In this document: positions 11,908-22,738 of the stretch, piece by piece
How the letters are laid out: each line of letters starts with the position of its first letter
Numbering within the stretch: position 1 is the first letter of the stretch
From: Phoronis australis
Lineage: Eukaryota; Animalia; Phoronida
Assembly (NCBI GenBank): GCA_002633005.1
Contig: NMRA01000340.1
Coordinates: forward strand, 295,435-359,434
Direction of reading: 5' to 3'
Length of the DNA: 64,000 nt
Translations under genes and position numbers: made by a program
The notes under the pieces: model-generated
Seen by the model: the letters and a program-made list of their open reading frames with translations, nothing else
What the model was told of the DNA's origin: nothing
The model's database searches: none

Positions 11908-13265
11908 ACTAGAAAGATTTTTGTCACGGCGTGACAATAACGGACTCTGCGCGTGCGTATTACTGGAATTATTATGGGAAGTTACTGACAGCAACCCGTT
12001 CCAATATCAAAAGTAACTCTTTAAAATTGTAGGAGAAATTACATATTAATTTTTTGATGACCTTTCCACTAATTGACTTCTTCCGATGCATTATGAGCCC
12101 CGATGATCGAGTAATTGTTAACTCGATTAAAAGTGTGGTTAATGCTATTAATCACAGATGTTTTACTTTAAGCATTTCAGAATACAAAATGAATGAAGTG
12201 GTCAATTTTTCAGAAGAAAAATGCACCTAATAACCCCATGGGTGAACCAAATGACCTGAAAATTTAGAATTAAACTCAATCGCACTTAGTAAACAGATAC
12301 GTAATTCTGAAGTCTCTAGCTCAAAATTTTAGTTTGCACTCAATGACCTTTGACCTATTTTTTCTGATTGGTTTGGCCTATTGCGAAGTTGGCGTGTTGA
12401 CTTACACCAGTGTACTGAAATTGAAAAGAATTCCTTGAAAAACGTAAGAGATATAACATTTTGAACGTTACATGACCTTTGCACTAATTGACCTTATCCG
12501 GTGCATTTTAAGCATCTTTAGGATAATTATTGCAAAGCTCATGGAAAATGTGTTTAACGCTGAGAATCGCAGTTGTCTAACGGTTGACACATCAGAAAAC
12601 TTGCTGATTGAAAAGGTCAAATTTTCAGAAGAAAAATGCACCTAATGACCCCATGTTTGCACTAAATGACCTGAAACTTTGGATTCCGATTTGATTTACC
12701 TGTGGTAATCTGACCTGTCAATTTGAAGTGTCTAGCTCAAAATTTTAGTTTGCACCTAATGACCTTTGACCTATTTCACCTGATTGGATGACCCGATTAC
12801 TTAGAAAAGTGATTTTTTAAATTGTCATGTTTACTTATATGACCTTTGCACCAAACGACCTCTTCCGGTGCAATATGGAATATGATTATATAACCAATTA
12901 AAATATATATACTGTCGAAAGTCATATGCTGAATTCGAAGACCGTACCTGCGCCCAATTCGGAGTTATTAAGCCTCAAAGTTGGTCGGAAGAAGAATAAG
13001 AAGAATAAGAAGAAGAAAAAAATTGAAGAAAACCCAGGAACAACAGTACGCTGCGCTTACATGCCCAGAGTAATAAGAAGAATAAAATTGAAGAAAACCC
13101 AGGAACAACAGTACTCTGCGCTTACATGCCCAGAGTAATAAGAAGAATAAAATTGAAGAAAACCCAGGAACAACAGTACTCCGCGCTTACACGCGCAGAG
13201 TAATACAATTAAAATTGAAGAAAACCCAGGAACAACAGTACTCTGCACTTACACGCGCAGAGTAA
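11908..13265 (-). mobile_element. Non-autonomous Helitron/Helentron-type (HINE/DINE-like) element
   Basis: Absent from the paralogous site in unit 2 (~24995). Left end CTAG (11909-11912) next to a perfect hairpin ttgtcacg-g-cgtgacaa (11921-11937); subterminal inverted repeat actctgcgcgtg (11944) / cacgcgcagagt (13252); internal ~400-bp tgacc-rich tandem units. Confidence 0.75.
13015..13265 (+). repeat. Four tandem ~62-65-bp units at the end of the Helentron-type element
   Basis: aaattgaagaaaacccaggaacaacagtac(t/g)c...gc(g/a)cttaca(t/c)gc(c/g)cagagtaa repeated four times, preceded by an aagaag microsatellite. Confidence 0.9.
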
Positions 13266-14278
13266 GAATGCGTTGTAAATTAAAAAAGTCCGCTGTTGCC
13301 GTGCGAAACGTGTTAGTTTGTCGTCAGAAATGTTAACACAGAAAGCGTCCCAACGAAATCACCCTTTAAGTTCATGAGTGACTCCAAATTCCATAGACTT
13401 CAGGCTCAGTTAAAACCGAGGATTAAAATTTGGAAAAGGTCATTTCACGAACACCATGTCAGTTTCGGTCTCAGGTTCTGGTGTCGGGGGGGGGGGATAA
13501 GAGCGCCTTGGCAAGAAGCCCCTCGGGTCCAAACACAAGGTCGAAACCCATACCAATTTTGCGCTTGCTATGTGCCCCTGTGTCGACGTATCCCAACGTC
13601 GCCCACAATTTCGCATTTGCTCCTGAATACCTCTGGTAACGCCAGTAATCTCCGTTCCACAATACATAGACCATGGTTTCTTTCATCCACCGTCATGAAT
13701 ATGTAGGCCTAATTACGTTGAGTAAACAAACCACTTCACGTTCGTTTCCCCCTAAATATCTAGTTAGCAACTCATTGGATAAGCGCATTACCAAGCCCAG
13801 TTTCTGTCGTTTACTCGTCCTTATAAGCGAAATCTGTTGTATTACCGCGTCTCCATAGAGCGCAATGTCACACAATTTGCGTTGTTTCTCTGCCTAGTTC
13901 TCTCGTCGTCAGGCCAATGTGCATACACTTAGCATGCCCAACTCACAACTGTGGAAACACAAGCCATAATGCTTTGATTGTATCAGTGGTAACCTACTTT
14001 GGCAGACTATATTTTCACGGTCGAAGCTTAGCGTGATAAAATGTGTAGTATGCTATAATATTTGCTAAACGTTGATTTATAGATTCACTTTATTTCTAAT
14101 TTGTTTAGATTTTTTGAGTAAAAGCATTATTTGGCAAAAATATAAGTCGGCTTTTCTTAAAAGGTCACGACCTCCGACCCCAGGCCTCTCTCAGTCTGAC
14201 ATAGACAGTAGTTACAAAGCCGAGGCGAGTCGAGAAAGGTGGATCGATTCATTGCAATGTTTCTCGTACAGTATATGG

Positions 14279-14444
14279 TATAGATTATTACATGTTCTCA
14301 GTCATTATCTCCCTTATCTAGAGCCCTCGTGGATTTTGAAGAATTATCACCCTCTGCGCTAACTCCCCTCGGGCGATAATTCTCCAAAATCCACTCGGGC
14401 TCTAGAATACGGGGGATAACGACTTCGCCATGTAATAATCTATA
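14279..14444. repeat. Fold-back palindromic element (MITE-like) at the duplication junction
   Basis: tatagattattacatg...catgtaataatctata with inner arms tctagagccc..gtggatttt / aaaatccac..gggctctaga; lies immediately before the start of duplication unit 2. Confidence 0.8.
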
Positions 14445-16929
14445 TTTGTCTTTTTGCATATGTCAGGAGTGGACTGACGCTGTTCTAAGTATAATTGTTT
14501 CGTTCTATTGTCCTGTTTGTGTTCTAGCATATAGCATTTGATTAGCATGACCCCTAAGGTAAAAGCAGCAATGATGTAATTTGTTTACCAAAGAATATTG
14601 TGGAGCATTCTTGAAGATTCTAGCATGAAAGTGATTAATGGAATATGGAACATTCTAGACCCTAGTATATATTTGTAGAATGATTGGGTATATTCTGGAA
14701 AGTTCTACAATATGTTTGAATTAGTGAAAAGTTCTAGAACATTGCATGAGACTATAGATACCCAAGCACGGGTTAATGACGATTAGTTGAAAATCAGTTG
14801 AAATGGAAGAGAATTACAAGACAGTTACAGTTGAGTTGTTGGAAGTGTCTCAGATGTTCATTACAAGTCCAGGCTCCGCTGCACTGTCTGGAGCACAAAA
14901 CAGACATTACGTCGGATGTTGTGACTGAGTCGTACGAGACTAATAAAATAGTTTACTCTTGCCAGTCTTCAGTGGATCGTCGCATCGAAAGCTATAAGCA
15001 CTGGTCAGTAACCACCTGCGCCCAGCCATACACGGGGAACAGCATACACGCTGCGAAGTGATAATTATGATTGCAAAGATTAGACGTTTGTAGTTATAGT
15101 AGGTAATAATGTGAATTTCGTGGAAGAAGAAGAACATGCGAATGATTTTAATCTTGGTTTTGACGAAAATCATAAAAAATGTTGACAACAGAGTGTACTG
15201 ACTATTCTTGATAATTGGGGCGTTACCTGGTGCCAATCTTTTCACAAGTGACTGCTCATTGGTTGGACTGATTTGTGAATGGACGGGTTTATTTAAAGAC
15301 GTCTATAATTACTAAAGACGTTTCCTTGAAGTCCAACAGAAAAGTTAGACTACCTGGACAGACAGCATGAGAACTTTGGTAAGTAAGTCAAAAAACTGTT
15401 TCATTCACGGACTTGAACAATTATTTACCTCAACAAAGATTTTCTAAGAAATACCGGAAAAGACTTGTAAAAAATGTGTTTGCGTATTCAGGAAATTCAA
15501 GATAGTTTTTTGGTAATTGTCAAGTTTCGTTTTTTTTTTTCAAAAATGCAATATACATCAATGCAGCAAATGATATCTTCATTTTTCCCAGATAAATTAA
15601 TCACATTTCTTTAAAGTGATACAATCGGCTTTATGAATAAAAAAACGTTCAAAGTTGAGCAGAATTTTACACAAATTTACCCCAAAGAACACTGCAACAG
15701 TTAATCGTAACTTTTTTATTAAAAATGTTTCGAACTTACCGCAAATGCGTTTTCCATTGCTTGATTTTAGTAAAAAAATGAAAAGCCAGTGATTCCCAAT
15801 TTCCAGTGCCGCATTACTCGCAAGATCACTTTAAGCATTTTTAGAAAGCGAGTTTTGTATATTGCTGACTTGTGAGAGATTCAGTCGGTTCATTAGTCGG
15901 AAGGTGAAATTGTTACAAGTTTTTCAGAAGCAATCTTAATATGTTTGCGTATGCTTAGCCTAGAACGAGCGCGAATGTTAACCTGTATTTGGAATGCTAA
16001 CCTACTTACCTCTCTACCCGACTCGAGCAGGTTCGGCATGTCTGGCAATTAATCTCAGTCCCGTGCTCGATTCCGTTTCCAAATGTCTATTCTTGAACTG
16101 TCACTCATCCATCGTGCTTTATTTCTCTTCCTTCACCTACACTCAGTAGACTACCCACTGGATTTTTTAACGCCAAATTAGCACTACACACCACCCACGT
16201 CGGCAATTTTTCACTGGGTCTAGCAACGAAACAGCTGGTGAGGTCGCCGCCTCGAGTTCAGGTAACCTTGACTGGAAGCCTTTGTTAAGAAGCTGTGACT
16301 AATATTGAAACCACAGACACACAATATATTTTATCGTTTCAGAACTCTGTTCAAAGCTAGCTAACTCTACGAAGTCATTCTTCCTCAAAATAGGTCATAA
16401 TTGCATTTCGACAGTAGAACCGAGTGTGTTCTCATAAACGCTTTATAGTCCGGTCTCTCAGCAGCCAAAAACCCCAAAACATTTACAACCCGGATTAAAG
16501 CACCAAAGTTGGCACACAGATGCTTTGAGACACATTGAATCTCATGGGGTCGGTTGCCCGAAATTTGAGGTCAAGGTCAAGATCAAACCAAGGTCAAAGT
16601 TCATGTGGGTAATTTTTTTTGAAATGGCTAGACACGAAATATCTGCTTCATTACTGTTTCAGGTAATAAGCAGGAGGCTTTATTTTGATTTAAAATTAAT
16701 GTTGATAACTTGTACAAACACGTTAAAAGTAAAAAAGTAATTTCCTGACACAAGATGGTAATTATTATAATAAATAGAGCATATAGTATTACATCTTCAA
16801 TGAACAATAAGTNGAGGAAATATTTTACCGCTGTGTATAAATGCCGTAGGACTACCTATGAGCCAAATTTGGTGAAAATCGGCTGACCCCCACCTTGCCG
16901 CTTATGGCTGGTGCTCTCGTGGACTAGTA

Positions 16930-17690
16930 CTTAATCTCAGTCCAGTGCTCGATTCCGTTTCCAAATGTCTATTCTTGAACTGTCACTCATCCATCGTGCT
17001 TTATTTCTCTTCCTTCACCTACACTCAGTAGACTACCCACTGGATTTTTTTAACGCCAAATTAGCACTACACACCACCCACGTCGGCAATTTTTCACAGG
17101 GTCTAGCAACGAAACAGCTGGTGAGGTCGCCGCCTCGAGCTCAGGTAACCTTGACTGGAAGCCTTTGTTAAGAAGCTGTGACTAATATTGAAACCACAGA
17201 CACACAGTATATTTTATCGTTTTAGAACTCTGTTCAAAGCTAACTAACTCTACGAAGTCATTCTTACTCAAAATAGGTCATAAATGCATTTCGACAGTAG
17301 AACCGAGTGTGTTCTCATAAACGGTCTCTTAGCAGCCAAAAACCCCAAAACATTTACACCCCGGATTAAAGCACCAAAGTTGGCACACAGATGCTTTGAG
17401 ACACATTGAATCTCATGGGGTCGGTTGCCCGAAATTTGAGGTCAAGGTCAAGGTCAAACCAAGGTCAAAGTTCATGTGGGTAATTTTTTTTGAAATGGCT
17501 TGACACGAAATATCTGCTTCATTACTGTTTCAGGTAATAAGCAGGAGGCTTTATTTTGATTTAAAATTAATGTTGATAACTTGTACAAACACGTTAAAAG
17601 TAAAAAAGTAATTTCCTGACACAAGATGGTAATTATTATAATAAATAGAGCATATAGTATTACATTTTCAATGAACAATAAGTCTATTTG
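16930..17690 (+). repeat. Near-identical second copy of 16050-16812 after a single-N join (allelic contig overlap or local duplication)
   Basis: ttaatctcagtcc...tgaacaataagt repeated with few substitutions; second copy lacks ~12 bp covering the Academ left terminus; N at 16813. Confidence 0.85.
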
Positions 17691-18546
17691 TTTTCTCTGG
17701 ATGAGAAAAAACTGTCAAGCTAGTATGAATATGCATTAAGTCAACTCTAGAATGTTTTACCTTTAACAGAAATTCATTTTTAAATTCTTTGTTAAACTAT
17801 TTATGGTTAGTTATACAACAATTGGTCTCCGTATTTATACATGTAGGAAGAAATTTTCAAAGAACAATTGCTGAAACTTCTATCATCATTTTTAATTTGA
17901 TCACAGCTAAAAGTAACTTTGTTAATTAATGTGTTATATTTCAGTTTGAACTTGACTGTGACATTAATTAAAACAATTAAAGTAATTTAGGTAATTTAAG
18001 GTTTTCCAGGAGGATGAAATAAAAAAACCAGGTTTTACTTGTTGTATCAAAATAACGTGAAATCCTTGTTGCACTATACTTTAAAACAGGTCCAGGCATA
18101 ATTAATTGTATTGAGGAACATGTTTTTTCATAACAAATGTCTATGTTTAAGTTTTGCTTCCATCTAATTGTTTGTGTTGACATATTGTGGAACAACTGAA
18201 GATGACCCCTACTCATCCAGACAACAGTACTCATGCAGGTGACCTCAGCTCTGAGACTAAATTGATTTAACTGAATGGCACATTCTAACCGTCACAACTG
18301 CAGTAGAGTTGAGACTGTGTTTGATGCTTACACCGAAGACACCTTGAAGGCCACCACAAGAGCTGATAGAGGTTCAGGTGATCTTGCCGAAGTTTCACCC
18401 TAAACACGTCTGTCTCTGAACTTTCAGAATTTCTTGCAAAACTTGAAGAATAAAGAGGAATTGTTCATGCTGTAAGGTTAAGATATCTTGGCAATCGCCT
18501 TATCCTCCAGTGCATGATATATATGTTACCGCTGTCAGTCTGTTCT

Positions 18547-18892
18547 CATAAGCGGATTTAAGGGGGCCCAGCCCCCCCTTGGCTGCCGGAAAAAATAAAA
18601 CAGAAAAAGCCCGAGTGAATTTTGAGTTTAGTAATTAACGTCGGTAACTAACATGCGGCTGAGGGGGGCTCAGACCCCATTGAAAGTGTCCGATTTAGAC
18701 CACCGGTGTACGATCATTTGTTCTTTTATTTTTTTTTCAGTCTTCCGATTGCGTTTTAGTCCAAGGTCCACATCCACAGAAATTCGGGCAGCTCTAGATG
18801 TCAGGCTGTGTGCTCCCATGCGCTCGTGCTTTGCGCGATTGCCCGGGACACATTGTTGGGCACCCCCTTATGATATCCTAGATACGTCACTG
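18547..18892. mobile_element. Small non-autonomous DNA element nested in Academ coding region
   Basis: CATAAGCGGATTTAAGGGGG...CCTAGATACGTCACTG imperfect inverted termini, flanked by 5-bp direct repeat gttct; interrupts the XPG-like reading frame. Confidence 0.6.
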
Positions 18893-20447
18893 GTTCTTTC
18901 CTCTGGTTCTGATATACCATCGTGCGATCATGAGGAGTCGGACATCCGTATGGGCTTGTACATTGCGGACGCTTTGATCAAAGGTAATCAGAGAATACTA
19001 GTTAATACAATGGAAACTGATGTTGTGGTCGTTCTTCTTGGTGATTTTCATCAGCTTTAAAGGCTTTGCAGCCTGCAATTCAATGACGGACAGTGGTTAA
19101 AGCTGGAAAGAACGCACGGGTCCAACTCTTCGTCACTAGCGTGTTTGACCAGCTTGGGTACGATTTGTTTGTAGCTCTACCAATGTTCCATGCCTTAAAA
19201 GGGTCGGACACAATGTCCCAGTTCTATGGAGAAGGGAAGAAAACAGCATGAAAGACATGGAAAGCTTACCCTGATGCTACTCGGGAATCCTCGTACCCCG
19301 CAATCAATTCCTTTCAGCAACTCAGCATCGACAGTCAGGAGTTTAAAACAAATGAGACATTTATATGTGTCGTTTATGATCGAAAAGCCAAAACCAGCCA
19401 AGTCAATACTTTACGAAAGAAACTTTTCCCCAGAAAAGTTCAGATCATGCCAAATTTATAGCTTACCCAGTCTCCTCTGATAAAACATGTTAACAAATGC
19501 TTGTATCAAGCTGGCAGTCGGATGCCCATCCATGAGAAACCAAGTCCAGAGGAGTTTGGATGGCAGAGAGACACGACCAACAATGGATACTGTGGTTGCA
19601 AGAGCGTACCGCTATTCGTCAAGAGATGTGGATGAAAAATTGCTTCCTTAGCATGCACAACACTTTCCAAATGCCAGGGAACATGAGCTAACATGGTTTG
19701 TTATGGACCAAAGGAACGGATGAAAGTGTTAATTTAATTCTGTGGGCTACACTGACAATTTGACATTAATCCGTTTTATTGTGTCGATAATATAAGCAGT
19801 TGACAATCGGTTTATATGTAGACAGGAGCTATAACAAGCATACTAACGACATTTATCAAAGCTGGCCCCTGAGTTTTTGGTAGTCTGTCACGTTCTATGC
19901 ATTATATTAGTCCCTTTATCATAACATAAAGCAAATTTTTATAATAATTGTACAAATTAATGATAAATCGAGTTCAGTTTGGTAAGAGAACCTATTTATT
20001 TTTGTATTATTAGTCTTGCACCAGATCAAAATAGATGCTTTTGTTAAAAGTGCAGTTGGTTAGTTAAATTTTGGCGGCCATGTTGGTTTTATGCAAATGA
20101 GGAGTTTTAATATTAGGAGGAAAATATATTGCAATGTCTTTTGTTAGATTTCTAGTTAAGAAAGTACCATTACCGAGCCTTAAAATGTGTGATCATCTCT
20201 TAAGCAATCATAGATTGTATTACCCCAATATTTTTAAAAAATATTCTGAAATTCCGCAAGTGTACTACAAAATTAATTTTTTCTATATGGAAGTCAAGAA
20301 TTCAACCCAAATGAAGATAAGGTTTTATTCGAAATAGTATCAAAATTTCTTTTTATTTTTAAATCTCTTTCAGTGAGTGGATAGAATTGTATAAATGTGT
20401 ATGAAAATGATTTATTTATTTTCGTAATCATGTCGCATTGCAATCTT

Positions 20448-22738
20448 TCTTTTTTCACTGTGATATATATTTATTGAAGGATACACAGAACATACAAAGA
20501 AATAATAACAAACCCAGAAACCGCGAACCATAATATCTGGGTTGTAAACAATTCATAAATGAAACTTATATACATAGAGGTATATACAATTAAGTAGTAT
20601 CTAAAATAAGTATTCCAATACTTAGACATGCTATTACAGATACATAAAAACAAAAATATGTACAGATTCATGTAGGGAAATCAGATGCAACAATATTGAT
20701 AAACGGTACATAAAAATTTACTAACGTTGCTTAGGAGGAATTCGTTGAGAACAAAGTCAAGGTTAGGACTACCATTCAGTAATAATGTAACTCTAGTAAG
20801 GATATTATTACAAGAATTGAGAGCGTTAACAATTGATTGGTTATCATTGAGTGCACAAAAGAGTGAGTCTCTCAGGGATTCGATGAGGGGACATTTGAAG
20901 AAAATATGAGGATAAGATTGACGGTCACCAAATTTACAGTTTGGAGAGACATTACTAAAGTTGTGCCTGAACTTGTTAGAGTTGAGGAAAAGGCCACATC
21001 TTGATCTGTACAATGCTATTTCGTTATCGCGGGTAAGGGAGATTTGAGTCAAGGGTGTTGAGTTATCAAAATTATGAAAAACAGTTCTAAAATTATTTTT
21101 TATACTCGTAAAAGAGTTGCTTTCCTTAACAGAGACTGGAAGAGAATTCCAGTTGTTGATGCACATCATGACTGTAGACCTTCTGAATGCCTGACTGAAC
21201 GACGGAGGAATTGCANNNNNNNNNNNNNNNNNNNNNNNNNNNNNNNNNNNNNNNNNNNNNNNNNNNNNNNNNNNNNNNNNNNNNNNNNNNNNNNNNNNNN
21301 NNNNNNNNNNNNNNNNNNNNNNNNNNNNNNNNNNNNNNNNNNNNNNNNNNNNNNNNNNNNNNNNNNNNNNNNNNNNNNNNNNNNNNNNNNNNNNNNNNNN
21401 NNNNNNNNNNNNNNNNNNNNNNNNNNNNNNNNNNNNNNNNNNNNNNNNNNNNNNNNNNNNNNNNNNNNNNNNNNNNNNNNNNNNNNNNNNNNNNNNNNNN
21501 NNNNNNNNNNNNNNNNNNNNNNNNNNNNNNNNNNNNNNNNNNNNNNNNNNNNNNNNNNNNNNNNNNNNNNNNNNNNNNNNNNNNNNNNNNNNNNNNNNNN
21601 NNNNNNNNNNNNNNNNNNNNNNNNNNNNNNNNNNNNNNNNNNNNNNNNNNNNNNNNNNNNNNNNNNNNNNNNNNNNNNNNNNNNNNNNNNNNNNNNNNNN
21701 NNNNNNNNNNNNNNNNNNNNNNNNNNNNNNNNNNNNNNNNNNNNNNNNNNNNNNNNNNNNNNNNNNNNNNNNNNNNNNNNNNNNNNNNNNNNNNNNNNNN
21801 NNNNNNNNNNNNNNNNNNNNNNNNNTTGGCAATCATTTTGATCATCTTGCTGGTTATTAAAGCTGTGCCATCATTCTTATTGGGGTCAATTTCATTGAGA
21901 TACTTCCGGACATCAGTTTGATTAGCCGGGATGTCAGACAGTTGATTGAGACAACGTTCACGAAGAAAGGGAAAGTTACTTACTTCAGTTGGTGTAATGT
22001 GGCTTTTGTTCGTGAAAAATTTGAGAAACAAATCACACTTGTCACTACTACGTGAGGCTAGGTTACCATTATAGTTGATGACAGGATAGGAGGATTGCTG
22101 TTGACTGCCGCGTATTTTATTGATGATGTTCCAGTATTCTTTGGAATTCTTGCTTGCGCTGTTAATTTGTTGAAAAAGCTTGTGTCGGTGATCAGCTTTG
22201 GCTTGATTTACTAAAGTTTCAACCAGACGTGACTGCTCCTTGTATCTGTTGTAGATTATAGTGTTGTTAGATCTTCTGAAAGAGCTGTAAAGTCTGTTTC
22301 TTGTGCGGATTGCCCGTTTAACATTACTGTTGAACCACGGTTTGCTGTTGTGTTTAATTATCTTTTCAGTTGATGGGATGTTGTTTTTTAAGATTTCATA
22401 GAGAGTACTAGTGAAGAGTGAAACAGTGTCATCAATGTCGCCAGTGTTCAATATGGAATCCCAGTCAGTGTTGGTGATATCCTGGCGCAGTTTATCGGTG
22501 TCGACCTGATTATATTTCCAGTTGGTTCGAGTGGTGTGTTGTTCATTAACCGGTTTTTTAAGTGTTCGAGTGGTTTCGATAGTGTGGTGATCAGAATTGC
22601 CAACAGGAGGTAGTACAGAACATGAGTCAATGATACTCAAATTGTTTGTTATACAGAGGTCAATACATGAATGAGAAACGTCGGTGATACGGGTTGGCTC
22701 ATTAATTAGTTGTATGCAGTCATTAGACAATAAAATAT
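20448..22738 (-). mobile_element. 5'-truncated LINE (CR1/L2-like ORF2) nested in Academ
   Basis: Long open ORF2 segment (QLINEPTRIT..SCIDL..NSDH endonuclease C-terminus; KPWFN linker) 21826-22730 and C-terminal part 20681-21215; AATAAA plus short A tail at the left end; 12-bp TSD cattgcaatctt at 20436-20447 and 22739-22750; RT core falls in the N gap. Confidence 0.9.
21216..21825. other. Assembly gap (N run)
   Basis: About 610 Ns. Confidence 0.99.

Larger units (their letters stand above)
8195..13980 (+). repeat. Tandem segmental duplication, unit 1 (contains intact peptide-precursor gene)
   Basis: Colinear similarity with 14450-25777 from tttttgcat(c/a)tgtcaggagtggactgac to actcacaactgtggaaaca...ccataatg, once transposon insertions specific to each unit are removed. 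Confidence 0.9.

Noticed and set aside
13015-13265. Regularly spaced ~63-bp repeats resembling a CRISPR array
   Set aside because: Units are head-to-tail with no unique spacers, no cas genes, eukaryotic context; they are the terminal repeats of the Helentron-type element.
20681-22730. Long ORFs of 236-534 aa in the ORF track
   Set aside because: Lengths are inflated by the N run; the real parts are LINE ORF2.
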